From: an uncultured Gammaproteobacteria bacterium
GTDB taxonomy: Bacteria > Pseudomonadota > Gammaproteobacteria > JABCZS01
DNA length: 64,000 nt
NCBI GenBank assembly: GCA_963848305.1
Contig: CAWKDC010000001.1
Coordinates: 32,001 to 96,000 of the forward strand
Direction of reading: 5' to 3'
Notes under the pieces: generated by a model
Databases searched by the model: none
Told to the model about the DNA's origin: nothing
Seen by the model: the letters and a program-made list of their open reading frames with translations, nothing else
Part shown: one piece after another, positions 52,382 through 62,291 of the stretch
How positions within the stretch are numbered: position 1 is the first letter of the stretch
Layout: every line of letters starts with the position of its first letter
Position numbers and translations under genes: made by a program

Positions 52382-52960
52382 TCAGGGGTGGGTTGGAGAC
52401 AGGGTAGCGCCGGGACGGGTTTCCGGCTGCGTCGGAGCCTTGGGGGGGCGTGGAGGAAGGGGGGCTGTTTTGGGAATCACTCTTCGGTCGACATACTCTA
52501 ACAAGCTTTTCTTGACATTCTGTACTTCTCCCGATGCCAAAACGTCGTGCGGGAGTTCCTGAAAATCTTTTTCAATGGCCGCCTTGAGGTCCCGATTGAG
52601 CTCCTGTGCTTGCCGGTCCAGTGCCTCTTGGGAAGCACGGCTCAGGAGATCCATCGTTTCGTTCAGCTTCACCAATTCATCGTGATTGAGTTTGTCATGC
52701 AGGGCCGCGTAGTCGTAGGAGTTGTAAATCGGACCGGTGCACTGGACCATTTCATCACTCCAGGGCTCGTTAGGGTCGATTGGAGTTGCCGTAAGCTGAC
52801 CATCGCAGACGAACCCGCCCCTGCCCATTCGAATCGACTGATTCGGTCCCGCGACAACCCGGATTTCCTGTGCTCGCAGAGTTCCAATGTTCAACAAACC
52901 GAATAGTGCAACAAGCGCTGACCATGATGCGAAGCGGACGGTATTTCTGAACTCGCACAT
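52382..52960 (-). CDS. secreted hypothetical protein with coiled coil and Pro-rich tail
   Basis: RBS aaggag; signal peptide ending LRA-QE. Confidence 0.6.
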   Translation of the reverse strand: MCEFRNTVRFASWSALVALFGLLNIGTLRAQEIRVVAGPNQSIRMGRGGFVCDGQLTATPIDPNEPWSDEMVQCTGPIYNSYDYAALHDKLNHDELVKLNETMDLLSRASQEALDRQAQELNRDLKAAIEKDFQELPHDVLASGEVQNVKKSLLEYVDRRVIPKTAPLPPRPPKAPTQPETRPGATLSPTHP

Positions 52961-53160
52961 TGAGGTAACTCCTTCGTTTCGGACGTCCTAGAGTCCTAGC
53001 CGCATACTCATTATTACCACACAGCCGCTGATAATCAACCGCCACCCGCATGCATGCGCGGGCCCTCGATTGTGTGATCGGGGTGAAGTCTTTGCAAGCG
53101 TAGCGGGGACTTGTTTTATATGCCCATCGGTTTTCCGACCGTTCGCGCTACATTTCCTGC

Positions 53161-54048
53161 CTACTGCTGATTGCTTCCTGCCTTCGGTTCTTCCACGCCG
53201 CCGGTAATCTTTGAATTCACGCGGAACTTGCGATAGTCGCTGTATGTCGAGGTGCCATTGAGGGACTTATGAAGGAAGAGAAGGCGGGCATGCAGATGAA
53301 ACTCACCGTAGGACGGCATCCAGATCTCGTTATTCACGAACCGCTGCTCCAGAACGACGTTTCCGCCCTTCTGCACGGAGGCCAACAGGCCGCCTCCCAC
53401 CTTCACACTCTCGAGGAAACGGGCTTCCAGGCGCACGCCCTGCTTGGCCTGCTCGTCAATCCAGAGGGTTCCTCCCAAGGATTTCAGTAGCTTATCGACC
53501 AGAGAATGGGGCTCAAATTCCGGGCGGGGCGCAAAATCCATTGCATAAACCTCGCGCCCCTGATAGGTGTCGCGACGCAGATTGTAGAAGCAGTCCGCCG
53601 CTAAGAATTTCGCCAAAGTAATCGCGTCCTTGCCGGGGTTCTCGCCTGCCTCCCGTTTGGCAACTTTCTGGCGGGCCTCGGCTTCCTGTTTACGGACGTC
53701 GTCGTCCTGCTTCTTGCTTTCCCTCTCGGTTAAGGGCTTGCCCTCTCTGCTCACCAGTCGCTCAATTTCCCAAGGGCCGATAAAATAGACCTCGTACTCC
53801 TTGATCTCGGTCGATTTCACGCGCCCCTGGGAGTCAAACTTCTCATCTTCATCCTTGCGATGAAATATGTAGTCCTTGCGTGCTGCCTCAATCTGTTTTT
53901 GGTTCTCCCAAACGGTTTTGATGAGCGTCGTAGGGTCGGGGGAGGCCGCATTGCGGGCTGCGGGTTCGGGGGGAACGGCCTTGCCCTGCGGATAAAGCGT
54001 TAATGCCCCGGCAGCAGTAAGCGACGTGAGGCACGCAACTCGGGCCAA
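53161..54048 (-). CDS. secreted hypothetical protein (beta-rich, conserved-looking)
   Basis: 295-aa ORF with signal-like N-terminus; GTLWIDEQ, WMPSY, YSDYRKF. Confidence 0.7.
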   Translation of the reverse strand: MARVACLTSLTAAGALTLYPQGKAVPPEPAARNAASPDPTTLIKTVWENQKQIEAARKDYIFHRKDEDEKFDSQGRVKSTEIKEYEVYFIGPWEIERLVSREGKPLTERESKKQDDDVRKQEAEARQKVAKREAGENPGKDAITLAKFLAADCFYNLRRDTYQGREVYAMDFAPRPEFEPHSLVDKLLKSLGGTLWIDEQAKQGVRLEARFLESVKVGGGLLASVQKGGNVVLEQRFVNNEIWMPSYGEFHLHARLLFLHKSLNGTSTYSDYRKFRVNSKITGGVEEPKAGSNQQ

Positions 54049-54090
54049 TGCCAGGAAAATTAAGGATGGGGAAAAAGGGCTTTGAATATT

Positions 54091-54165
54091 TGGCTCCTCG
54101 GCCAGGACTCGAACCTGGAACCCTTCGGTTAACAGCCGAATGCTCTACCATTGAGCTACCGAGGA
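54091..54165 (-). tRNA. tRNA-Asn(GTT)
   Basis: TCCTCGG-TAGCTCAATGGTAGAGC-ATTCGG-CT GTT AA-CCGAA...GGTTCGAGTCC-TGGCCGAGGA-GCCA; encoded CCA. Confidence 0.98.
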
Positions 54166-54206
54166 GTGTACCTACACCTTAAACATCGGCGTAAGCGAGC
54201 TTTAAG

Positions 54207-54236
54207 TTTATAGCACAGAGGGAAAAAGGTCGTCAA
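54207..54236 (-). promoter_or_regulatory. sigma70 promoter of tRNA-Asn
   Basis: Minus-strand TTGACG-18 bp-TATAAA with extended TG. Confidence 0.6.
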
Positions 54237-54348
54237 CTGCGGCACCAAAATCGGGTGCGCGACATAAATGTGACGGTTTGGGTTGGCTCTTTTTTTGTCG
54301 CTCATATCCTTACGTATATGATACGTTAGGACAAAGGAGACTCTAAAT

Positions 54349-54753
54349 ATGCCCCCCTCACTGGATGTTCTCGTGAACCAACGGGCCGAATTGCTCCGCC
54401 AGATCGCGCAACTCGGTGACCTCCGCAGTGGTTCTATCACCAGCATTACCGGTCGCTGCGGCAAGCCCAATTGTCGTTGTCATCAGCCGAACCATCCCGG
54501 CCATGGCCCCAACTTCCGTCTGACCCACAAGGTGCAGGGCAAGACGGTGAGCGAAACCTTCCCCAGTCCGGCCGCCCGACGCCAAGCGGAACAGCAGATT
54601 GCCGAGTTCCGCACCTTTCAACAACTGAGCCGGGCCTTCCTGGAGGTGAACGAAAAGATTTGTCGCCAGCGTCCCTTGCCGGCGGAGACGGAAGGGGCGG
54701 AGCAGGAAAAAAAACAGCGCAAGCCATTCAGCGGGAAGTCGCGCAAGAAGTAG
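54349..54753 (+). CDS. IS OrfA (DUF6788-like, CGKPNCRC motif)
   Basis: LRSGSIT...RCGKPNCRCH...GHGP; inside the IS. Confidence 0.8.
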   Translation: MPPSLDVLVNQRAELLRQIAQLGDLRSGSITSITGRCGKPNCRCHQPNHPGHGPNFRLTHKVQGKTVSETFPSPAARRQAEQQIAEFRTFQQLSRAFLEVNEKICRQRPLPAETEGAEQEKKQRKPFSGKSRKK

Positions 54754-56057
54754 AGTCGCTGTTGGCAGTCATCTTTGCCGGACGACGCCAGTCTGGCGGG
54801 CTGGATTTGGAAGCCGTGGAGATGGCCACGCGCGCGGCCTTGCACCAGGCGGGGGCGGCGGTGCTGGAGGAGTTGCTGGCTGCCCCGGACGAGTATCCTC
54901 GACAAGTTCCTTGTGGCTGCGGCCAGTCGGCGTACTACCACGAGAACCGTCCCAAGCAACTGCTCACCGTGCTGGGGCGGGTGGAGACGGAACGTCCCTA
55001 CTATGTCTGCCCGGCCTGTCACCAGGGGCAGAGTCCGCGCGATCAAGAGTTGGATGTGGAAGGCACGGAATATTCTCCTGGGGTGCGGCGGATGATGGCG
55101 GTGGTGGGCAGCGAGACCTCCTTTGACCAGGGGCGGGAACAACTCGAACTGCTGGCCGGATTGCCGGTGACGACCAAGGCCGTGGAACGCCACGCGGAAG
55201 CTCTGGGCGCGGAGATGGTCGCCCAGGAGCAAGCCGCCCTCCAGCGGGGCCTGCCCCTACCCTTGGCGGGACCGGCCGTTCCGGTGCTCTATGTCGAGAT
55301 GGATGGGACGGGAGTGCCGGTGGTGAGCGCGGAAACCGTAGGGCGAGTGGGGAAACAGACCGCGCAGGCGCGCACGCGGGAAGTGAAACTGGGGTGTGTC
55401 TTCACCCAAACGACGGTGGATGCCCGCGGCCGACCGAGGCGTGAGGAAGGCTCGACCACCTACACGGGAGGCATCGAAACGGCGGAGGCGTTTGGGCGGC
55501 GCATCTGTTTCGAAGCGTACCAGCGGGGCTGGAACCGCGCCCAGAAGAAAGTCGTCATCGGCGACGGTGCCCCATGGATTTGGAACCTCACCGCCGAGCA
55601 CTTTCCGGGAGCGATTCAGATCGTGGATCTTTATCACGCCCGTCAGCACTTATGGGAACTGGCGGGCAAGCTCTGGCCGAGCGACGACCGCCGCCGCCGA
55701 AAGTGGACCCGCCAACAGCAAAAAAAGCTGCAGGCGGGGCGCATCGAATCCCTGCGGCGCGGGCTGCGCTCGCTCTCTCCTGCCACCCCCGAGGCCGCCG
55801 AACTCCTGCGCCACACGGCCGATTATTTCGCCGTCAACGCGCCACGCATGCGCTACCCGGCGTTTCGGCGACAGCATCTGTTTGTGGGCTCTGGGGTCGT
55901 CGAAGCGGGCTGCAAGACTCTGATCGGCAATCGCCTCAAACGCTCCGGTATGTTCTGGAGGGTCCGAGCGGCCAACGCCATCATCGCTCTTCGCTGCCAT
56001 CGCTTGAGTGGTAAATTCGAGGATTACTGGGAGAACCGCCGGGGCCAGGCCGCGTGA
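54705..56057 (+). CDS. ISKra4-like DDE transposase, probably fused to OrfA by -1 frameshift
   Basis: CGCG...CPACH; YVEMDGTGVP, REVKLG, IGDGAPWIW, VDLYHARQHL, GSGVVEAGCK, RLKRSGMFW. Confidence 0.88.
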   Translation, partial: GKKTAQAIQREVAQEVESLLAVIFAGRRQSGGLDLEAVEMATRAALHQAGAAVLEELLAAPDEYPRQVPCGCGQSAYYHENRPKQLLTVLGRVETERPYYVCPACHQGQSPRDQELDVEGTEYSPGVRRMMAVVGSETSFDQGREQLELLAGLPVTTKAVERHAEALGAEMVAQEQAALQRGLPLPLAGPAVPVLYVEMDGTGVPVVSAETVGRVGKQTAQARTREVKLGCVFTQTTVDARGRPRREEGSTTYTGGIETAEAFGRRICFEAYQRGWNRAQKKVVIGDGAPWIWNLTAEHFPGAIQIVDLYHARQHLWELAGKLWPSDDRRRRKWTRQQQKKLQAGRIESLRRGLRSLSPATPEAAELLRHTADYFAVNAPRMRYPAFRRQHLFVGSGVVEAGCKTLIGNRLKRSGMFWRVRAANAIIALRCHRLSGKFEDYWENRRGQAA

Positions 56058-56253
56058 CTCTCACAGATTTGTCGCGCACCCACCAAAATCGGGCGACTCC
56101 AAGATTGCGCACGCGACACCACGAATGATTAGCGTAAGGCCGAAAATTCAAAGTACATCGCTAAGGGTGAATCGGGATCGTGAACGCTCCCTCCACGAGT
56201 TAACCGGCAGGGTTGCGAGCCCTCCGGATTCGACCCCTACACTTTTTGGTGTA

Positions 56254-57117
56254 TCACGTTGTGCTTTCAACCTGGCAAATCTCTGTCAGGATCACGGTGA
56301 TGTTGTCCGGACCACCGCCTTCATTGGCGCGGGTAACCAGATGCGCAGCTTTCTCATAAAGTCCGGCCTCAAGTTCCAGGGACTCGACGATGTCTGCCGG
56401 AGATACAACTTTGTACAATCCATCACTGCACAGCAAAAGTAGATCTTGTGGCTCCAGGTCAAGCGCCGCCATAATGACTTCAATCTTCGCTTGTGATCCC
56501 ACCGCCTGGACCAGCATCTCCTGGATATGCGCATCCACTTTGGTGAAGTCTTCACCCCGGCTGCGCAACTGGTTTCCGATGGTCTGATCCTGGGTTAACA
56601 AAACCAAATTTCCCTCACGGAGAAGATACGCGCGCGAATCCCCCACCTGCGCGATATCGGCGTGTTCCCCTTGCAAAAGCGCCGCGGTCAGGGTCGTCCC
56701 CATCGTCAATTTCTCGACGTAGCCTTGGGCATGGGCAAACACGGCATGGTGCGTGACCTCTACCGTTTTTTGCAGAGCAGAGGGCAAGTCCGGATCGCCA
56801 TTTTCTGAAACCTGAAGCTGGGTCAGGATTTCCTTGGCAAGCATTTCCACGCACAAACGGCTTGCCTCTTCACCACGAAAGTGGCCGCCCATGCCGTCCG
56901 CCACCGCCACCAGCAACCCGCCTTTTTCAATCTCGACAAGTCCCGGTCCGGCAAAGCGTGGAGCACTTCCGCCATCCAAGGGCAAAACCAGAAGGTTATC
57001 TTGATTGTTGTGCCGTCGGCGGCCCACATCGGTGACGTGAGCGACACGTGCATAGAGCCGGGGCTCGCCGTTCCTGTCATCATTTATGGGCGATAGTTCC
57101 GGCGACTGATCTGCCAC
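56254..57117 (-). CDS. PP2C-family Ser/Thr protein phosphatase
   Basis: TDVGRRRHNNQD, VADGMGG, MGTTLT, VGDSRAY, LCSDGL, GGPDNITV. Confidence 0.93.
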   Translation of the reverse strand: MADQSPELSPINDDRNGEPRLYARVAHVTDVGRRRHNNQDNLLVLPLDGGSAPRFAGPGLVEIEKGGLLVAVADGMGGHFRGEEASRLCVEMLAKEILTQLQVSENGDPDLPSALQKTVEVTHHAVFAHAQGYVEKLTMGTTLTAALLQGEHADIAQVGDSRAYLLREGNLVLLTQDQTIGNQLRSRGEDFTKVDAHIQEMLVQAVGSQAKIEVIMAALDLEPQDLLLLCSDGLYKVVSPADIVESLELEAGLYEKAAHLVTRANEGGGPDNITVILTEICQVESTT

Positions 57118-58047
57118 GAGGAAGATTCCTCCTCACTTCGCGTTTTTTGGGTTATTTTTGCCAGGTCATCTCAACCCATGCAGTTTAGCGAAAATTCCGG
57201 GAAATGCAAGCCACGGAATCCACTACGAATACCCCACGAACCCCTCGTTTGCCGATGTCCAGTGGTGCATGAGTGAAACTTCCCTGGCCACATCGATCAT
57301 AGCCCTTTTATTTTCATGGACATTTCCTGGAAAAAAGGTAACCGCCTTTGTTTTCTATGACATTCCCGGTTCCACATTTTTCGGCTATTATCTCATTGGT
57401 TTTCATCAATATTCCCGGTTGTTGACTAACCACCTGTCTTATCAATGACATTCCCGGATATTCCCCGCCGGCATCCTGTGTTTTCAATAACATTCAGGCT
57501 TCGCTCGTCATTTTCAGTGCAATTTCTTCTTGGGGATTCCGTAGGGCCTAGTTGCCCCAAAAAGAGTTCCATCATCCCTTTTTCCGCCGCGGGAAACAGG
57601 TTTACGGTTTGGGCGCGAAAATGGCTCGGGGCTTCTTCAGAGGGCGGAGTGGGGAATTTGCGCAGTGGCACGACGGCGCCTCGCTTCTAGCTACCTTGTC
57701 TAGTATACACGATAGCCTAATATTGTCAAGAGACATTATGCCCGAAACGGACGATTGCCAGCTCAGGCTCGCCGTAGCCTTACAATCAGGCAGTGTCCCA
57801 TGACCATCGCCAAGCCTTGGAGGTTACAGCACAAGGGCACGATGGCTTTCATCACGGGGCTGCCGACCGTAAACCAGGAAGGATATCACCACGGAGTGTC
57901 TGCCAGCCGCCGGCGGGTCCATAGTTGGCAGAAACTTCAGTTTCGGCCTACGCAGAATCAATAACTTACGTGAAGTTTCCGGAGAGGGCACAGAGGTCGC
58001 GGAGAACAGGCGGAGAAAAAGCAAGGGTCCCGACCCCTTGCAAGGTC

Positions 58048-58126
58048 GGTGGCACAGGCACTCCTGCCTGTGCGCAATGCATAGAATGCATCAGCCCTCG
58101 GCACAGGCAGGAGTGCCCGTGCCACC
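58048..58126. repeat. REP doublet (GGTGGCACAGGCACTCCTGCCTGTGC family), copy A
   Basis: 26-bp inverted arms around a 27-bp spacer. Confidence 0.85.
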
Positions 58127-58162
58127 GCGCTCCTCGGCTGTTCCTGGCCACTATCCACTGCC

Positions 58163-61012
58163 TTACTCGTATCGCAGCGCCACCATGGGATCGACCTTAG
58201 CGGCCCGCCTGGCTGGGATGTAACTCGCCATGAGCGCCACTCCGATGAGCAGGAGCGCAACGAACAAATACGTCGGCCAGTCGTTGGGCTTGACATCGTA
58301 GAGCAAGCTCGACAATACCCGCGTCACCACAAGCCCGGCAGCAGCTCCGGCTCCCACTCCCAGCACAGTTAAACTAATTCCTCGCGTCATAATAAGCGCT
58401 ATTACCTTCCGCCGTTCAGCCCCTAGCGCAATGCGGATACCGATTTCACGGGTGCGGCGAGTGACTTCATAGGAAAGCAAGCCGTAAAGTCCAACGCAAG
58501 CAAGCAGCAGCGCCAGCAATCCGAAAAAGCTTGCAAGGCGCGCAATCATGCGCTCCTGCGTCACGAGGCCTTCGATGCTTTCGGATTGGGTACGTACCGC
58601 AAACAGCGGAAGATTGCTGTCCAGACGCTTCGCGAGTTCACGCACGGTAGGGACCAGAATGGAAGGATTCAAAGCAGTGCGGATTTCAAAATGAGCTCCG
58701 CCGCCTGTCAGTGGAACGTAGACGGCGGGATGAATTTCGCGGCGCAAATCGCTGTCTTTGGTGTCGCCCACGACCCCGGCGATTTCCCACTGGCGCGATT
58801 TAGGCTTGCCCACGGCGGAATCTCCGCTTGTTCCCTGGCTGTCTCCTTGGCCCAACATTTTGCCAAGCGGATTCTGGTTCAAGAAATACTGGCGAACAAA
58901 GGCCGCGTTGACGAGGACGGGAATCGGCAGGCCAACTTCCGCTGACGATTTTGCCGCCGCTGACGCAGCCTGGGAAGATGCACCGTGTTGGGGAGAGTCC
59001 CCGGAGGAAGCGGCTTGGGCTGCCTGGTTGAAGTCCGCGGCCGTGAACGTCCGGCCTTCGAGCAGCGGAATGCGCAGGGTCTTCAGGAAATCCGGCCCAA
59101 TGGCGAGCATATCCACTTCTTCCGTCGTCTTTTGGGGCTGTCCTTCCACGTGGACGTCGGTGGTCCAAAGGCTGCCACTAAGCAACGCGTCCGAAGAGTA
59201 GCTGACCGAGATGACACCCGGAAGAGCGGCGATTTGATCCTGCAAGTTGCGGTAAAGGCTTTGAATCTGCGCATCCCGGTATTTTTCCAGGGTGGGATTG
59301 ATGCCGAAGAGCAAGACGTTTCGGGTGTCGAAACCGGGGTTGATGCTGTGGAGGTTTTCGAGCGTTCGTACCATCAGGCCCGCACCAACGAGAACAATCA
59401 TGGAGAGCCCTACCTGGACGACCACGAGCGTCTTCTCCAGATGCCATCGCCGGCCCGCGTGCCTCCCTCCCCCGGGAAGCGTGGAGGCATTTTCCTTGAG
59501 CGCCGACGTCAAATCGAGGCGCGTGCTGCGGAATGCCGGTGCGAGGCCGAAAACGATTCCGGTGAGAAGTGAGACTGAAAGCGTAAATGTAAGGGCGCGC
59601 CAATCCGGCTCGACCGCAAAAGGAAACGGGCTGTCGGCATTGCCCAAGATGAACGCTGTCATGCCTCGGACGCCCCAAACCGCCAAAAGCACTCCCAGCA
59701 TGCCCCCGGCCAGTGAGAGCGTGACGCTTTCAGTCAGCAGTTGGCGCACAATCGTCCAGCGTCCAGCGCCCATGGCCAGGCGAACCGCCATTTCTTTCTG
59801 CCGGGCCGTAGCGCGCGCCAGCAGCAAGCCGGCCACGTTCGCGCAAGCAATCAAAAGGACAAAACCCACGGCACACATCAGGACGTAGAGTGGCTTGGAA
59901 AAGAACATGCGCTGGCCTGTGAGCCCCTGCTGAGCTGGAACGAGGACGATTCTGGGGTCGTCGGATTCCTTTGCAAGTGCCTTCGCGCCGTGCACCATCT
60001 CATTGCGAAAAATCAGAGTTGCCGCCGCTTGCGCCTGCCCAAGGGAAACCCCGGCTTTAAGACGGGCAACGATGACCAGCCACCAGTTGGTAGGGCCTTG
60101 GATGTCCCTCCCCCACGCAAGGTTCAAACGCGGAAACAGCGATAAGGTCAGGAAAAGGTCTTGCCGCTTCCCGGGAGAAAGCCTGGTAAAGCCGGGCTCC
60201 GCCACGCCCACAATTGTGAACGGTACGCTATTCAAGAAGATGGTCCGGCCAATGGCGGCGCGTTCCCCCGCGAAAGCAGTCTGCCAATAGGCGTAGCTCA
60301 GGACAACGGCCGGCAAGGCGGAAGGGAGGTCGTCACCCGGGCCGAGCGTGCGCCCCAACACGGCCTTCACGCCCAGGGTGGAGAAGTAATCGCCAGAAAC
60401 AAGTTCGCTCTGTACCATGCGCGCCAGTCCGTTGCCGCTGAGGACTAGGTCCGGGGGTCCCGCAAACGCCGCTGCTCCGGAAAACACATCTTTCTGAGAA
60501 CGGATCGACTCGAAAAAGGGGTACGGCATAGAACAGCCGGATGGATCCTTGGCACTGCCCTTTTCGCAATCGCCGTAGGAACTGACCGAATTGGCGTGCG
60601 GCGACTTATGTGCGGTCCAGCGCAGCACCACGAGTTGCGATGGGTCGCGGACCGGCAAGGAGCGCAACATGACCGCATCAATCAGAGTGAAGATCGCCGT
60701 GTTCGCCCCGATGCCGAGACCAAGCGTGATCACCGCCACAGCGGTAAAGCCGGGGTTTTTTCGGAGCATGCGCAGAGCGTACCGCAGGTCTTGCAGCAGG
60801 GTTTCAAGCCAGCGATAACCCCACATGTCGCGCGTCACCTCCTTGACCAAGGTGACGTTGCCGAATTCGCGGACGGCTGAAGTGCGGGCGTGCTCGGCGG
60901 TTTCGCCCTGCTCTATGCGCCCCTGCGCGGCCATGCGCAGATGACTCTGGACCTCTTCCTCTAATTCCTCTTCACGCTGCCGCCGGTGAAACAAACAGTC
61001 CCAGAGAGTCAT
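58163..61012 (-). CDS. ADOP family duplicated ABC permease (MacB/FtsX-like)
   Basis: QDLRYALRMLRKNPGF, GIGANTAIF, LLIACANVA, RQLLTES, RTREIGIRIALGA, IPARRAAKVDPMVALRYE. Confidence 0.95.
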   Translation of the reverse strand: MTLWDCLFHRRQREEELEEEVQSHLRMAAQGRIEQGETAEHARTSAVREFGNVTLVKEVTRDMWGYRWLETLLQDLRYALRMLRKNPGFTAVAVITLGLGIGANTAIFTLIDAVMLRSLPVRDPSQLVVLRWTAHKSPHANSVSSYGDCEKGSAKDPSGCSMPYPFFESIRSQKDVFSGAAAFAGPPDLVLSGNGLARMVQSELVSGDYFSTLGVKAVLGRTLGPGDDLPSALPAVVLSYAYWQTAFAGERAAIGRTIFLNSVPFTIVGVAEPGFTRLSPGKRQDLFLTLSLFPRLNLAWGRDIQGPTNWWLVIVARLKAGVSLGQAQAAATLIFRNEMVHGAKALAKESDDPRIVLVPAQQGLTGQRMFFSKPLYVLMCAVGFVLLIACANVAGLLLARATARQKEMAVRLAMGAGRWTIVRQLLTESVTLSLAGGMLGVLLAVWGVRGMTAFILGNADSPFPFAVEPDWRALTFTLSVSLLTGIVFGLAPAFRSTRLDLTSALKENASTLPGGGRHAGRRWHLEKTLVVVQVGLSMIVLVGAGLMVRTLENLHSINPGFDTRNVLLFGINPTLEKYRDAQIQSLYRNLQDQIAALPGVISVSYSSDALLSGSLWTTDVHVEGQPQKTTEEVDMLAIGPDFLKTLRIPLLEGRTFTAADFNQAAQAASSGDSPQHGASSQAASAAAKSSAEVGLPIPVLVNAAFVRQYFLNQNPLGKMLGQGDSQGTSGDSAVGKPKSRQWEIAGVVGDTKDSDLRREIHPAVYVPLTGGGAHFEIRTALNPSILVPTVRELAKRLDSNLPLFAVRTQSESIEGLVTQERMIARLASFFGLLALLLACVGLYGLLSYEVTRRTREIGIRIALGAERRKVIALIMTRGISLTVLGVGAGAAAGLVVTRVLSSLLYDVKPNDWPTYLFVALLLIGVALMASYIPARRAAKVDPMVALRYE

Positions 61013-61075
61013 GGCTGACCTTCTTTGCGTGCGAGATTCACGATCTCGGAATATTCGCTATTCCCTTGCAAGGTT

Positions 61076-61203
61076 GGTGGCACAGGCACTCCTGCCTGTG
61101 CCGAAGCCTGATGCATCCCATGCATTGTGCACAGGCAGGAGTGCCTGTGCCGAAGCCTGATGCATCCCATGCATTGTGCACAGGCAGGAGTGCCTGTGCC
61201 ACC
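61076..61203. repeat. REP triplet of the same family, copy B (49-bp internal tandem duplication)
   Basis: arm-spacer-inverted arm-identical spacer-inverted arm. Confidence 0.85.
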
Positions 61204-61243
61204 TCACTCCAAAACGCTACGCGCATTTTCGTCCACTCCTAAT

Positions 61244-61597
61244 TCAATATTCCGGACTCATAACCCCCGCGATGGCGTTGACGATCTGCTCCCATCGGTC
61301 CTGCTCGCAAACCAACTGCTTCCTGCCGGAGGAAGTCAGGCGGTAGAACTTAGCGCGCTGGTTGCTCTCTGTCTGCTTCCATTCGGCGGTTATCCAACCC
61401 TGTTTTTCCAGCCGATGGAGCGCGGGGTAGAGCGACCCGGTCTCAACCTGCAAGACCTCGCCCGAGCGCCCATGAATGGATTGGCTGATTCCGTAGCCGT
61501 GTTGCGGCCCCCACTGCAGGGTCTGGAGAATGAGCATGTCCAGCGTCCCTTGCAGTAACTCAATGCGATTCTGATAGCGTTCCCTTTTTGGTTTCAT
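61244..61597 (-). CDS. PadR family transcriptional regulator (acidobacterial type)
   Basis: LLQGTLDMLIL, HGYGI, GSLYPALHRLE, RAKFYRLT. Confidence 0.95.
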   Translation of the reverse strand: MKPKRERYQNRIELLQGTLDMLILQTLQWGPQHGYGISQSIHGRSGEVLQVETGSLYPALHRLEKQGWITAEWKQTESNQRAKFYRLTSSGRKQLVCEQDRWEQIVNAIAGVMSPEY

Positions 61598-61600
61598 GCT

Positions 61601-61633
61601 GTAGATAATCTACGCTTTACTAGAGAGTGTCAA
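61601..61633 (-). promoter_or_regulatory. promoter with palindromic operator upstream of padR
   Basis: GTAGATAATCTAC palindrome at 61601-61613; minus-strand TTGACA at 61633-61628. Confidence 0.6.
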
Positions 61634-61829
61634 CTACTCTTTTGGAGGCTTTTCGGCGGGGAACACGGTGCGGTGCTACCCCCTTCGAAAAGCCCAATTG
61701 GAATATGATGAAGCCGGGAGACAAACTGGAAATTCCGGTAAAATGGTGAGCAGGGCGATCATACTTTGTGGAGGAATTCGTTTGCAGACGAGTGGCAGCA
61801 CTCTCCCAGGCGAGGGCGGAGGTGACTCG

Positions 61830-62291
61830 ATGATCCAGTTTAAGGTGAATGGAGTTGAGCGCATATTTGACGGCGATCCCGAGATGCCGGTGCTTTGGTA
61901 CCTGCGCGACGTCCTGGGCCTGACGGGAACCAAGTTCGGTTGCGGAGTGGCGCTTTGCGGGGCGTGTACCGTGCACCGAAATGGAGAGGCGATCCGGTCA
62001 TGCGTGGTTCCTGTCCGCGTGGTAGCCGGCGCAGAAATCACGACGATAGAAGGCATCGCCGGAGCGGGTTTGCATTCCGTTCAGAAAGCCTGGATGGATC
62101 TCAACGTCCCGCAATGCGGCTACTGCCAGGCAGGACAGATCATGCAGGCGATCGCCCTGTTAAAGAGCAAACCGCGACCCAGCGATCAGGATATCAATGA
62201 GGGGATGTCCGGTAACATCTGCCGTTGCGGGACCTATCAGCGAATCCGCGCCGCTATTAAAGCTGCTGCGGTGGCGACGGAGGCGTCATGA
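61830..62291 (+). CDS. (2Fe-2S)-binding subunit, isoquinoline 1-oxidoreductase alpha/CoxS family
   Basis: [34 protein letters not shown]. Confidence 0.93.
   Translation: MIQFKVNGVERIFDGDPEMPVLWYLRDVLGLTGTKFGCGVALCGACTVHRNGEAIRSCVVPVRVVAGAEITTIEGIAGAGLHSVQKAWMDLNVPQCGYCQAGQIMQAIALLKSKPRPSDQDINEGMSGNICRCGTYQRIRAAIKAAAVATEAS

Larger units (their letters stand above)
54253..56081 (+). mobile_element. complete insertion sequence, ISKra4-like (1829 bp)
   Basis: TIRs gggtgcgcgacataaatgtga / tcacagatttgtcgcgcaccc; 9-bp TSD accaaaatc at 54244-54252 and 56082-56090. Confidence 0.92.

Noticed and set aside
54091-54165. tRNA-Asn as the attachment site of an integrated island
   Set aside because: No integrase and no duplicated tRNA 3' end noticed in the window.
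57158-58030. Short ORFs in the AT-rich gap and a short purine-rich periodic tract near 57985-58020
   Set aside because: No recognisable protein motifs or RBS; the periodic tract is too short to call.
61076-61203. Repeat-spacer-repeat pattern resembling a mini CRISPR array
   Set aside because: Spacers are identical, the first repeat is inverted relative to the others and no cas genes are present; it is a REP triplet.
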